Shown one piece after another: positions 1-10,950 of a stretch of DNA of 63,675 bases. The first letter of the stretch is position 1. The number at the start of each line of letters is the position of its first letter. Under the pieces are notes generated by a model, which was given only the letters and a program-made list of their open reading frames with translations, did not search any database and was not told the DNA's origin. Source of the DNA: Chara braunii (taxonomy: Eukaryota > Plantae > Charophyceae). A program made the position numbers and the translations under genes. The DNA lies in assembly GCA_003427395.1 (NCBI GenBank), contig BFEA01000005.1, positions 1,747,823 through 1,811,497 on the forward strand. Direction: 5' to 3'.

Positions 1-3000
1 ACGGGTTCTCAATGACGAGGCGCCAGATATGGAGTCCCAGACGGCAACACTTACTCACGAGGGGGTACCGCTTATTATCATTGATTGAGGTTCTCTCTTT
101 TCAGTCACTATGATGTATTACGACAATATTATTTATCAGTGACTGCAGCCCTCCGATGGTTGCTCCCTGCATATTTTGTGTACTACTCTTCAGTCTTGTA
201 TCTCTGGTCGTGCTCTTGCAGAGTCTGGTTTCTGGTCTTCTCATTCTGTCAATGTCAATTGCTTTATGATGTATGTATGTTATTTTCCTTCTTATGACAC
301 ACAGGCTACACTCAAGGCAGTTTGAAGCACTCCTGGATGATAGGGACTCCGGTGACCTTGAGTCTAACCTTTATACGGGGTCAGGTGCAGGCGATAAACC
401 CGAACGCCTCACTCTAAGCCGTGTCGCCGCTGGCAGGAGGGATAACCCTGACTACTCGGCTGTATGACTAAGTGTGGCAAAGACTGCCTCTGAATACACC
501 TCTATTTATATACCTATCAAAATCCTGCGTAAGAGCCTGCCAGTCCTCCAACCCACTGAGCTCGGTCCGTGGAAGGATATCTAACCAGACCCTTGAAGCA
601 GTGGGGGCGCGACAGCGGGCCCTAACCGAGACCTTTGAAGGCACTCTCGCCCTCCTCAGAAAATCTTTCGCAATCAAATACACATACGTATATTTGTATA
701 CGTAATATCCACTCAGCTCTTTCTGCAGTCTACTACAGAAAGGCTAGGTCTCCATCTTGGTCCTCCATAGCCTGGCTGATCGGACCAGGACTACGGCCTA
801 CCGCATTGTTATTTCAGCGGCAGTACCCTCGTTGGTTGCGCAACGATAGGTCTTCTCCTGATAAACATTCAATCAGGATTTTCCAAAAACCTCAACCTTC
901 ACTATCCCACGGGGTAATTTCCCTCGGGCGGGCAACTCCCCTTGAACTCTTACTCCGCGGTCCCGTAGCCAGGTTGCGCCGGCTAGCAGCCATCCACTGG
1001 GGTTACGCCCGAGAGGTGCTAATCTTTACCGCTTAGCTTGATATTCCTGTAATATGTACCAGAATTAGCACAAGTGGTTAGACGGAGCGTCGCAAAACTA
1101 ATCACGGGCCCACTGCGAGATTAGGCAGGGGTCTGAAGACATTTACCAGCTCTCCCATAAAAGGCATGACATCCTTCGCACAATCACAAACAAAATCACC
1201 TGCTAGGTCCACGAGGTCGTGACCCTTGACTTGATCAAAGCCAGCAGCCACCCATCTTGAGACATTTTTCGCCCTGCACTCTTTTGCGACTTTCTCAAAT
1301 ATCTCGAGCAAACGTGGCCCCTTTTCGTCAGACTTTATCAACTCTAACACTGCTTACCAGACCCTTAAATCCATCAACCACCTTTCACATGAAGGAGGTC
1401 TCTCTCAATAGGTCTCTCAGCCATCCCTTTCTTCCTAGGATGAGCTATCACACAACCTTTTTTAAAACACCTCTCTTTTTGGGGATGAGTCTTCCGATAA
1501 ATAACATTACCACCTTCCTTAATCTGAAGGGGTCTCAACCATAAAACAACTCAACCATAGAACAACTCAAACTGAGAGGCCTACTTATGGGTCCTCTTCA
1601 CAACTCAACCACGAACCAACTCAACTGAGAGACCTGCTTATGGGCCCTTTTTGCGTTTTAACCATAAAACACCCGGCATAGTAGGTATTTCAGTCTCAAA
1701 GACTCGCAAAAATTCCTTAGGATCCTCACACTTCTGTCACACAACAAACTGCACTACCTCTCCTTATACTTGGCCCTATCACCTGTCCGTAGGCAGATCG
1801 CACGAGTATACCGAAGAGTAGACAACATTCACATTCACACAATCCAATACACATGAGATGTATCCCACACATCTCTCACACAAAACCATTATACATCAGG
1901 ATACAACCACACATGCGAGAGTGATTATGATCGTCATATACAGGGAATAGTCTTACATAAAATCTCAACTCAATATATACATAGGGGTATAATATCCCAA
2001 CTCACCCCAAACAATCATAGTCTTGAATCACATATGTGCACACAGAGTCGAATAATCTCAGCTCAAGTTGGCACCAGTAGTCCAGTATTGCCCAAAAATC
2101 ATAGCCTCCTTAGTCAGAGCTAAACAAGAACAACTCTAAACAGGCGTAATCCGGCTCCTCACATTTGGAGGGATCCAAGTAACCCAAGACCTATCCAAAT
2201 ATCCAACCCAAAACACAAGGTCCATCACGTCTAAATCAATCATAAGCTTACAACAGCCCCGGATCAAAGCGCCGTGCATAATCCTCTCTCATGTCTCACA
2301 CAACCCGTATAGCAAGAGGTTTAACACACTTACTCTCGAGGTCACAGCGCGCTGAAACCATAACTCAGGACCTACTCAATTTAAAGCAGCCTCCTGTATA
2401 CAAACGTACAGACGCTTATCCTTTCCGAACTCAGGGTGGTATGGTTAAAAATAAACTCAGTCCCTAAAACACAGTCAAATCATCTTGTATCGTAAGAAAA
2501 CATCCCTGGACGACGGTATATGTCCCAATGAAGGACAAAGATCACAACCAAATTCAAATCCGCCCTCATAGTAAGATCTCATCCTTACACGACCTCGTGA
2601 GGTGCTCAGGTTTACATTACAGACCATTCCCTCATCTGTTTCTTATCTCCAACGGCCCATATATACACGAGGCTCACTCTCATATTTTACCCAATCTACC
2701 CTTGAGTAGATGCAAAAGCCTGAAAATTTGCTTATCCAATTTAACCTGAGCCCTCTTATGATCTGACATATACACGGAGTGCACTAAATGCTTATATACA
2801 CTTCCTCCAACCCGTTCTGTATATAGTCAAGATCCCGTAAACTAAAACACAGGGTCGGACCCACACAACCAGTTAGCCTTCTACCTCGGCTCCCATGCAC
2901 ACGAATATACACAAGTTCATGAGGGACATACTTCGGCAAAACACAAGGGCATCCTCTATCGCCCTGCTACTGCCCGGACCTCATCCCAATCTACAACCCT

Positions 3001-5270
3001 GTCATTTGGATCGTGGGAGCTTGCATAAGCATCAACGATATTGACCAAGCTCCTCAGTCCTTAGCCATAGGGTACGAATCTTTGGTCCAGATACAGGCCA
3101 TACAACAACTCACACGCGTGCCTTGCATACCTCCCCCTTCTCGCTCCTTCACTACGGCCTCTACCCCAATCTTCCCTTGAGAACCTTCCATCTCGAGCTC
3201 CTTCGACCCCATCACCTGCTTAAGTACACCAAGCGGCGTTAGGGTCGATGCTCGAAGGGAGTTACGCAAATAGATCTAATACAGAATATATCCTACTAAA
3301 TCAAGTCGTTCTCCTCATAAAGGCACATATAAGAATCCATTTAGAACAACGGCATTACCGAAGAGAGTCTCTGAATAAATATCCACCTGAGGTAAAGCAC
3401 AAACACTCACAATAAGTCTCTCAAATCGTAGCTCAGGCATTAACCACTTATGATATCTATTATCAAAGAAGGGCACAATATACATATACCATAGAGGCGG
3501 ATACTCCAAACATGAATCCAAAATGCAATACAACCCATGATAAGTAACATATGCTCATGACAATAATCATAACATAATAACCACAACTTATCGGCAAGGG
3601 TTGTAACTGAAGGGCATGACAAACGTTATACTTAACAACATGAAGCCAACTCAGCTGTCAGTCATATAATAAGATAAACCCCAACAACGTAGGCCATATT
3701 CTATAAGGCAAGAATAAGACTAGCAATGAGTAAATAACATGATACAATTGTTACCCCTCAAACTCTTAAGCGAAGCATTTAGTAAAGAAAGGCGGTGTAA
3801 TCCTTGTAAGATAACATCTTGACTCCTGAGCCCCGCTCTAAAGATCAAGCATCACCGCTTCCCTCTTTGATTCCAGCGCTTGCATCTCATCACCCCTATT
3901 ATGGTCAAGTGGACAACCGCATCCATACTTATCAAGGCAACGAAGAGCGAATTCGCACCCTTACAAATATGGTGACCCTACTTAATGGGAGACGAGTCTA
4001 GGTCGCTACTCCAGATCCGCTCTCACTAAGCAGTAGTTGTTCCACTTGGCCATCATAGTTTCGGTAAGGTAACAAGCCCCTTCCTCTCCTCTCAAATACA
4101 TAATGTAGTTACTCTCCTATCATAGAAAAGTTAACAACACACCACTAATGGACCAGGAATACAATTCCGGCGTGGGTCTCACTACCATCCTTGAAACTGA
4201 TAACTGCTTCCTTAAGCTTCAAAGAGGGAGTAACAATTCAGGAATGCACTTCCACTGAGGACAACCATACACGCTGACTTACTCCCTCGAGGAAGAACCA
4301 CCTTCCCTAGGAGTGAGTCACCCCATTCACCTCTGGTCCCATGCCAGATGTGGGTTTCAGGTAAAATCCATGTCCTCTTTGGGAGACAATCCATATAAGA
4401 ACGATCAACCAGACATCAAACAAAATACAACAAAACACATATATAGCAACAGCCACGTAAGGATCATCCTAAAAACAAATATGTACATATATATATACTT
4501 TAAAACACAAGCTTCTCTTCGGGTTAGCCAAGTTGTTAGCTAGGTAATCACTACTTTTTAATTTTTATCGATAGTAAGCTAGACAATCCTCAGATGGCTC
4601 AACTCATTGTCAATCTCACACCATCGGGGGGCCTAGGTACAACATTCATTGCAATACCAATCGTATCTTAACTCAGACTGATCTAAAGGAAAAACTTTTG
4701 CAACCAAACGTCTCACTTCGCAATCATCAGTCAACCCTTCACCTTGTGTCCCTTATGTATCAGAAACCTCCTCTAAAGCGACACTCTACTGATTAAGGGG
4801 GGGACGCCTCAGCTTAATGTCTTTACATCCCAAAGCAAGCTTATCACCTTTCTCACGTAATAAGTCACTAGCCTCGTAGCTTGGACCGTTATCAACTAAG
4901 CTTGCTTCAGTAGTGGGCATACCCAATAGCGCGGATGCTGCCTTAACTCAACCAAGGCTGCACCAGATATGCGGCGTGTCGCCCGACTATCAAATGATAC
5001 TTCGGATAATCGGGCGCTCACTGAGATCGCTATTATATGCGTCACAGTACGTAAGTGTATAGTCAAACACTTTCTTCCTGAAGTAAACCGTGCGTATGCT
5101 AATAACCACTGCTTCACACTTAGGGCACAGCCTCTAGGGATATCCCCAACGATAATCAAGGCATCACGCAATCGACCATGTACGTCAAAAGAAAACTTCT
5201 TCTTTTGCCTAGTTCTCACTTTCTCTTACCCGGATGTCGTTCCACCAGGGACAACGGTAGGCAGCCGTTA
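1..5270 (-). mobile_element. Long degraded 5' internal/leader region of an LTR retrotransposon, with short ORF remnants of unknown function
   Basis: Lies directly downstream (minus strand) of the PBS at 5271-5288. Contains short broken ORFs (1102-1350, 3315-3533, 4212-4394); no gag or pol motif recognised. Confidence 0.55.
1535..1650. repeat. Short imperfect tandem repeat (CAACTCAACCA.../CTGAGAG(G/A)CCT(A/G)CTTATGGG)
   Basis: Two ~55-bp units plus repeated CAACTCAA sub-units are visible. Confidence 0.7.
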
Positions 5271-5288
5271 TCCCCGGCAACGGCGCCA
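5271..5288 (-). promoter_or_regulatory. Primer-binding site complementary to the tRNA-Asp 3' end
   Basis: Minus strand reads TGGCGCCGTTGCCGGGGA, the PBS known from Athila-type elements, 2 nt after ...CTCGACA. Confidence 0.9.
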
Positions 5289-5290
5289 CC

Positions 5291-7017
5291 TGTCGAGCGC
5301 ATCGGTCCGACACCGCACGTGGCAGCGCGGAACCCTCTCGGTCGCGTCACGCAGGAGTTGGACCAACCTCGACATGAACACGCAAATGGAGCTTCCTTAG
5401 GCCGCTCTGGCCGAGTGCGCCAGCCATACCTCTCGCGAGCCCCTACGACAGGATAGGGTCTCCGTGAGGCAAAACTTACCTTCACCTTACGGGAGTTGTC
5501 ACCTCCCTTCGGTGGGCGTATCCCCTCCGAGCTACCAGTCCACAGTACGAAAGCTGATCAGCTGCAATCGCAGAGGTGGACCAGCCGAGGGCGTTTCTCG
5601 TTCGCTGTAGCATAGGGGGTACGCGCGATAATACGCCTATCGGACCCGCACGCGAACCAGCATCTTGGAGGGCTGAAGTCCCAAGCGTGGTCCGTCGTCG
5701 GTCGGCTAGGACGCATCCCACACACCACGCGCACACCACTTTACGAACACAAAAATAAAACGCACATGCACGCACATACAACACGACACATCACAAACAA
5801 CACAACAACGCTCTTAGTCTCTCGGTAGCCAACCCATAACTTTTCGATGCGAAAGTCAAATAGGCGTCGCGCGCGAGGCTTACTAGTATAAAACTGCTAG
5901 GACGCAGGGTCTACTTATATGGACTAGCAATGCAAACGCACGCAAGCGGTCGCAATGATGGCGTACTATGCAGTACCCATACTCACGCGGTCCTCGTTAA
6001 TCTCGAGAGTCGCGTTCGACACTNAAGTGTCGGCTGACACGCGCCTTGAGGATTAATCTCTCGACGTCGGACAACCGCCATGCGCGGTTGAAGACCACAC
6101 ACCCTTTTCTGCACTCTGTGCAGTGTGGGTGGTACACAGGTCCATACCTGTGGTGGCANTCGTTTTTTACTACCCTGGAGATGAGCCATACTCCAGGCCT
6201 GGGCGGAGGTCAAGGGGTTTGACTTTGACGGCTGCCANGGACTACAACGTCCAACCATACAAACTCCAAAAAACAAAGGATAACAGAGGGTCTTCCTTTT
6301 CTCTCAAGCCATAATCCGGTTAACCCTTACGCATAAATACAGCATGTCTCTCAAATACTCAGNGTACTCGTAAATATATAAGGGTTAATTATATAGGACG
6401 ATCACTTCTCACAGTCACAGTGGGACTCCTCTCAACCACATATGTATGTAATCGCAGGCAATCACATCCAGAGTCCGAACCACAAACGCACCTGCAATCA
6501 CATCAAAGATTCATCCAGAAGTCCGCGCACTACACGGGGTCAACTTCAACCATTCCTTGCACTCACACCCGTCGCTTTAGCCATACAAGCCTCACTCGTG
6601 CAACTCTTAAATAAATACTCAGTACTTTTGTTGGGTGGCCATTCAATAAAGTCCGAGTGAAAACACAACAAAACAGTTCAATCACAAAGCTAAAGCCTTT
6701 AGGTTGAGNGACAGGAGTGAATTGGAGTTGAATCGTAAACCGACGAATCGGCAACCGACCTGTTATCAGCGATAACACAAGATGATCCTCGTAGGATCAA
6801 GCTGAAACTAGTCGAGGTCCTGAATCAAACGATCAAGAGGACCTGTAGCACAAGACATGTCAATCGTCAAGCTAAACCTATAAGCCCGTGGAGAATAATC
6901 CCCATATCACGATCTCACCCAGATCATCCTAATTAACTAAGTCTGAATATACTGTAAGCAGTGCCCAAAGCAAAGGTAGACTCTAGCATAATCTCCCTTA
7001 CACAGGGTGGATCGCCA
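5291..7017 (-). mobile_element. LTR (~1.7 kb) with a PPT upstream and a PBS downstream
   Basis: Minus-strand termini TGGCGA...TCGACA (imperfect inverted repeat). PBS at 5271-5288; purine tract AGGGGGCGA just upstream. Confidence 0.7.
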
Positions 7018-7029
7018 GAATCGCCCCCT
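7018..7029 (-). promoter_or_regulatory. Putative polypurine tract
   Basis: Minus strand AGGGGGCGATTC abuts the TG of the inferred LTR. Confidence 0.55.
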
Positions 7030-7061
7030 GTCAAAATATAATCTATCTCCTTTAAATCAAA

Positions 7062-7340
7062 AAAATTTCGGCAGCGCATCCCGTAGGAAAAGTGTCTTTT
7101 CAGAATCTATATCAGCCCGGATATGAAACCAGAAATAGTCTTTGACTTTCCAAAGTTCAATTTTGTCCAAATCCCTAAATTAGCAAAAATTTGGGTTGCA
7201 CTCCCTTTAAAAAAATGAGACTTTTCAGATTTTTACTAAGTCATCTATAAACTTTAGACAAATTGAACTTTGACAAGTCAAAATTTGACAAACTCCTTGG
7301 ATTTGCAGAAATTTCGGCAGCGCTTCCCGTAGAGAAAGTA
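7062..7340. repeat. Direct repeat AAATTTCGGCAGCGC(A/T)TCCCGTAG (x2) enclosing a ~30-bp inverted repeat
   Basis: Direct copies at ~7063 and ~7309. Inverted arms TTTGACTTTCCAAAGTTCAATTTTGTCCAAA (7141-7171) and TTTAGACAAATTGAACTTTGACAAGTCAAA (7253-7282). Confidence 0.8.
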
Positions 7341-7649
7341 GCTTACCAAGATATTTACAAAGTCAAGTATAATAAAAGATCCCAGAAAATGCGAGAATGA
7401 ATCTAAGAAAAAAACTTAGCTCGGAAAATGCAGGAATTGAATCTAACTCCTATCGCTCTAGCACGTGGCGAGCCTCTAAAGCAACTACCTGTCAAACTGA
7501 AACCCAAACTAAGTAGTAACCTCACTCAGTCACATGCACGTCAAACCACAAAGGTAAGTACTCTCGCTATCCCAAGGTCAATTTAACAAACAATAGTTCA
7601 TAATCTTTCAATGATTTATCCCTTTATACCCTGCTTACATAAGGCGTAA

Positions 7650-8552
7650 AGTCAGACCATCCAATCTTATGGAACATGTGTGACTCAGCCATCAAGTATA
7701 CACGAACAGGTTGCACAACTACTTTTCTCTTCCTTTGGGCACAAGACTAAGCCATTCATCGTAGAAACAATGCTTAGTCGCCCTTAACTATTTAATACCC
7801 AAGTTATATATACCTCTCTGAACTTGGTGTTCAAAAACTGAGCATAGGACTGAGTCATTCATCTTAGAAACAAAGCTCAGTTTGCCCAAAGTTACTTTCA
7901 ATTATATTCTTAGTTATACGCTCTTCAAATTTATGATAAGCTGTAGTCAAACCATCCAATCTTATGGAACCCTTGTCTGACTAACCTGTTCTTAAGTAAG
8001 ATAGTAATAAAATATAGCCAAATTATAACCTTTTGGGTTCCAGCATGTGCGAGGCACTGGGCCAGACCATCCAATCTTATGGAATATGTCTGGTCCTTTG
8101 CCAAGTTCATTCCTCTCTGATGCATCTGTGTGCGGCATGAGTCCAAAGCCATCCAATCTTATGGAACATGCTTTGTCCTCAGCAGAAATTACTCCCTCAG
8201 AATAAACAAACAAAATAGTTGAGCCATTCATCTTAGAAACAATGTTCAACCCCTTTTTCTCAGTAAAAAAAAAGACAGAGTACTCTGAGTTAAACTCGGA
8301 GACTGTTCAGAAACCACCCAGAAATAAACGGCGGCCAGACCATTCATCTTAGAAACAATGTCTGGTCCTCAAAACTCAGGCAATCAATACCCCTCAAAGT
8401 AAGTAGCCAGGTCATTCATCTTAGAAACAATGTCTGACACAACTAAATAAACACAGCGACCAAGTCATTCATCTTAGAAACAATGCTTGGCCCTTCAGAA
8501 AACAAAACAAAACACAGCAGTCAGGCCATTCATCTTAGAAACAATGCCTGAC
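7650..8552. repeat. Array of 11 stem-loops with a conserved core and variable, self-complementary flanks
   Basis: Cores CATTCATCTTAGAAACAAT (7 copies) and CATCCAATCTTATGGAACAT (4 copies), each flanked by a 6-9-bp inverted repeat whose sequence varies between units. Spacers are 19-82 nt. Confidence 0.92.
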
Positions 8553-8949
8553 CCTATAAGACCCATTCAGACACAAGGGAACTCCCTTCATCCCAACCTT
8601 CCCCAGGTGCAATTCCCCTTTTGTTCACAATCTGCCTTCAAGCAATCAGCAAAACTGAAACTGAGATTGCACAAGCATTCTTTTATTTAATCTGGTTCAC
8701 TTCCTGAAAGTCAAACTGAAACTCAAAGTAGGTGGACAAGCAACATACTCAGTCAGATATAGTGACGAATACAAGTAGGGTTTATACTGGGTTTATAGAG
8801 CGAAGCAATGGTTACCTTTCAGTTCCCTGCCTCCAGAACTCCTTCTGAGTTCCGGCAGAGCTCCCGCAATCGGTGGGATGACTCCCCTCAGAGGCTTGCT
8901 GCGGTCCTACAGGTTGTAATCCCGCCTCCCGCCTTCCTCTCAAATCCAA

Positions 8950-10950
8950 CAGACTAGACTTAGAGTAAGAAGGGCAGAAGGAGAAGCTTTGAGACTCTCA
9001 GATCCAAGAGGGGTGCTCTCATACTCACAGGAGAGGGCTTTGTTATCCCGATGCACCTGAGGGCCCCGCAATGGCAGCCAAGGTATACAACAGCTTCGTC
9101 AGAACTGTGGTAAAAACCGCCGAAGTCAACTCTCTGACGACCTTTCAATCTGCAGCAATAACCCCTTCGAAATGCCCAATTATCCCCCTAACTGCCGCAA
9201 CAGCCTGATCAAACGCCGAAGTCAAGCTACCCAAGTTACCCTCTAACGACTCTCTGAATTGCAACGGTAGTCTCCCTTACGCAGCCCCTTTCTTTGTGGT
9301 GCGACCACTCTCCTCTCACTAACCCCTGGTCCCTAAACACGATGCCGCAGCCATATGACCTTCAACCAGCTGCAGTCCGGGCAGCACAGCGGCCTGTAAC
9401 AGGACTCAGCAGCCACTGTAGCAAGCAGCACAGCTGAAAACGAGCAGCAACCGTATGCACGGCCGCAATCGAAAGGTTGGGAGCAGCCTATGACAGTTGA
9501 TTAGCAGCTTACATCGACCCGCGGCATTCGGTTCGCAATACTCAGTCACAACACCTTCCTCAGCTGGCCTAGCAGGTAGAAGTCTTGTGCCCCCGCAGTG
9601 GCAGTTCAATAAGTAACCAGCGAGCATGTCGAACCCCCTTGCCCCGCAGCAGGTGGCAGCCAGCGATCTACTGCAGCAATCACCATGCCCGAGAACAGAG
9701 CGTGATGGGTACAGCCACAATGCCACAACTCATGGCCTACTTCAGTTCGGCCTTTCACACAACTCGGCACCGCAGCTCAGTCTTCAGCCCATCCCACATC
9801 GCTCACTTGGCAGGTAAGTTTGGCCCTCCCTTTTTCCTTTGCAGTCTCCCCTTCACCCTTACCGCCCATCACTCTTCCTCCCCTGCAGCCGACCGTGGTT
9901 GATCCACGGTATACTTCGAGGCAAGTACTTCGTTCATACTCTTCACAGCCTCGCAGGTAGGCCCGCCGATTGCAATTTCGGCCAGGTGAGTCCATCTTTC
10001 CCACTTAAGCACCTCTTACTCCCACCGATCGGCCATGCAAGATCGGAATGACTCCCTCGCAAGCCCATGGAGCTACGCTCCGTTTTCCAATCACGCACGC
10101 AAACGAGGTAGACAACGGCTACCTCCATCTATAGGATGGGGCATAATCGAATGAATCTTCCTCCAGAACGTGGAAAGATACACTCCAACTCCAACTCTCC
10201 CTTCCTCGCAGCACCTACTCCTCCCACGGCTGAAACCAAATGCTAACTTTTAGATCCGACCTTACCGTTGGATTCGCCCGGTTCCAAAGTCTTACTGTAG
10301 AGCTTCTATCCGTCGAAATTGTTCAAGGAACGACCATTTCGACAGTCTTTTGTCTCTTCCTTAGCTCCTTCGCCATAGCTTCACACATGCTTTCTCTCAC
10401 CTAACTCTAAATCTACTAACCCAACTCCAAAACTGACCACAAAATCGGGTTCGCCCGATTCTAAAACCTCAACACCAACTCTTTCCCCGCCCGATTCCAT
10501 CAAGAATCAGGCGGGCTTCACGCTTTCGGTCTCCACTCACTTAAGCCCGAATGCACCTGGCGCGATTTAGCGTCCAGATTCATTCGACTTTCTTTACTAC
10601 CTTGCTGCCCCTACTCTCCCTCACACTTACCCTTACTAACCTCTCCCTATACTTACCTTCTGCTAAAACTAACCCCGGATTCGGATTCGCCCTGCTTCAG
10701 GACCACGAACTCGCATCTTCCCCTGTCTGTTTCCATCGGTAAGTGAGTCAGGCACACATCTTCGACTCTCCGACATAGTTACCTTCACACTACCTCCGCG
10801 CACCTCCTCTACTACTAACCTCTAATCTCACTAACCCTTTACCAAAACTAACTTCATATTCGAAGTCGCCATCCCGCAAAACCTCCGGAACGCCTCCTCC
10901 CTCGCTCTTTCTCATCAAGGGACGGGCGAGCACTCCTCTCTCCCTCGTTG
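8950..10950 (-). pseudogene. Heavily degraded gag-like region with CCHC zinc-knuckle remnants
   Basis: Frameshifted C-x-K-(C)-G-K-M-D-H-L-A-R-N-C at ~9970-10015 and further knuckle-like fragments at ~9045-9080 and ~9160-9200. No pol seen between here and the PPT. Confidence 0.45.

Noticed and set aside
1350-1540. Additional ORF-X homolog (WLMDLRVW)
   Set aside because: Needs several stops and frameshifts, and the similarity is limited to about 4 residues.
5271-5288. tRNA gene
   Set aside because: Only the 18-nt 3' end including CCA is present, next to an LTR end, so it is a PBS.
7650-8552. CRISPR array
   Set aside because: Spacer lengths are very uneven (19-82 nt) and partly related to each other, the variable parts are self-complementary stems, there are no cas genes and the context is a eukaryotic TE.
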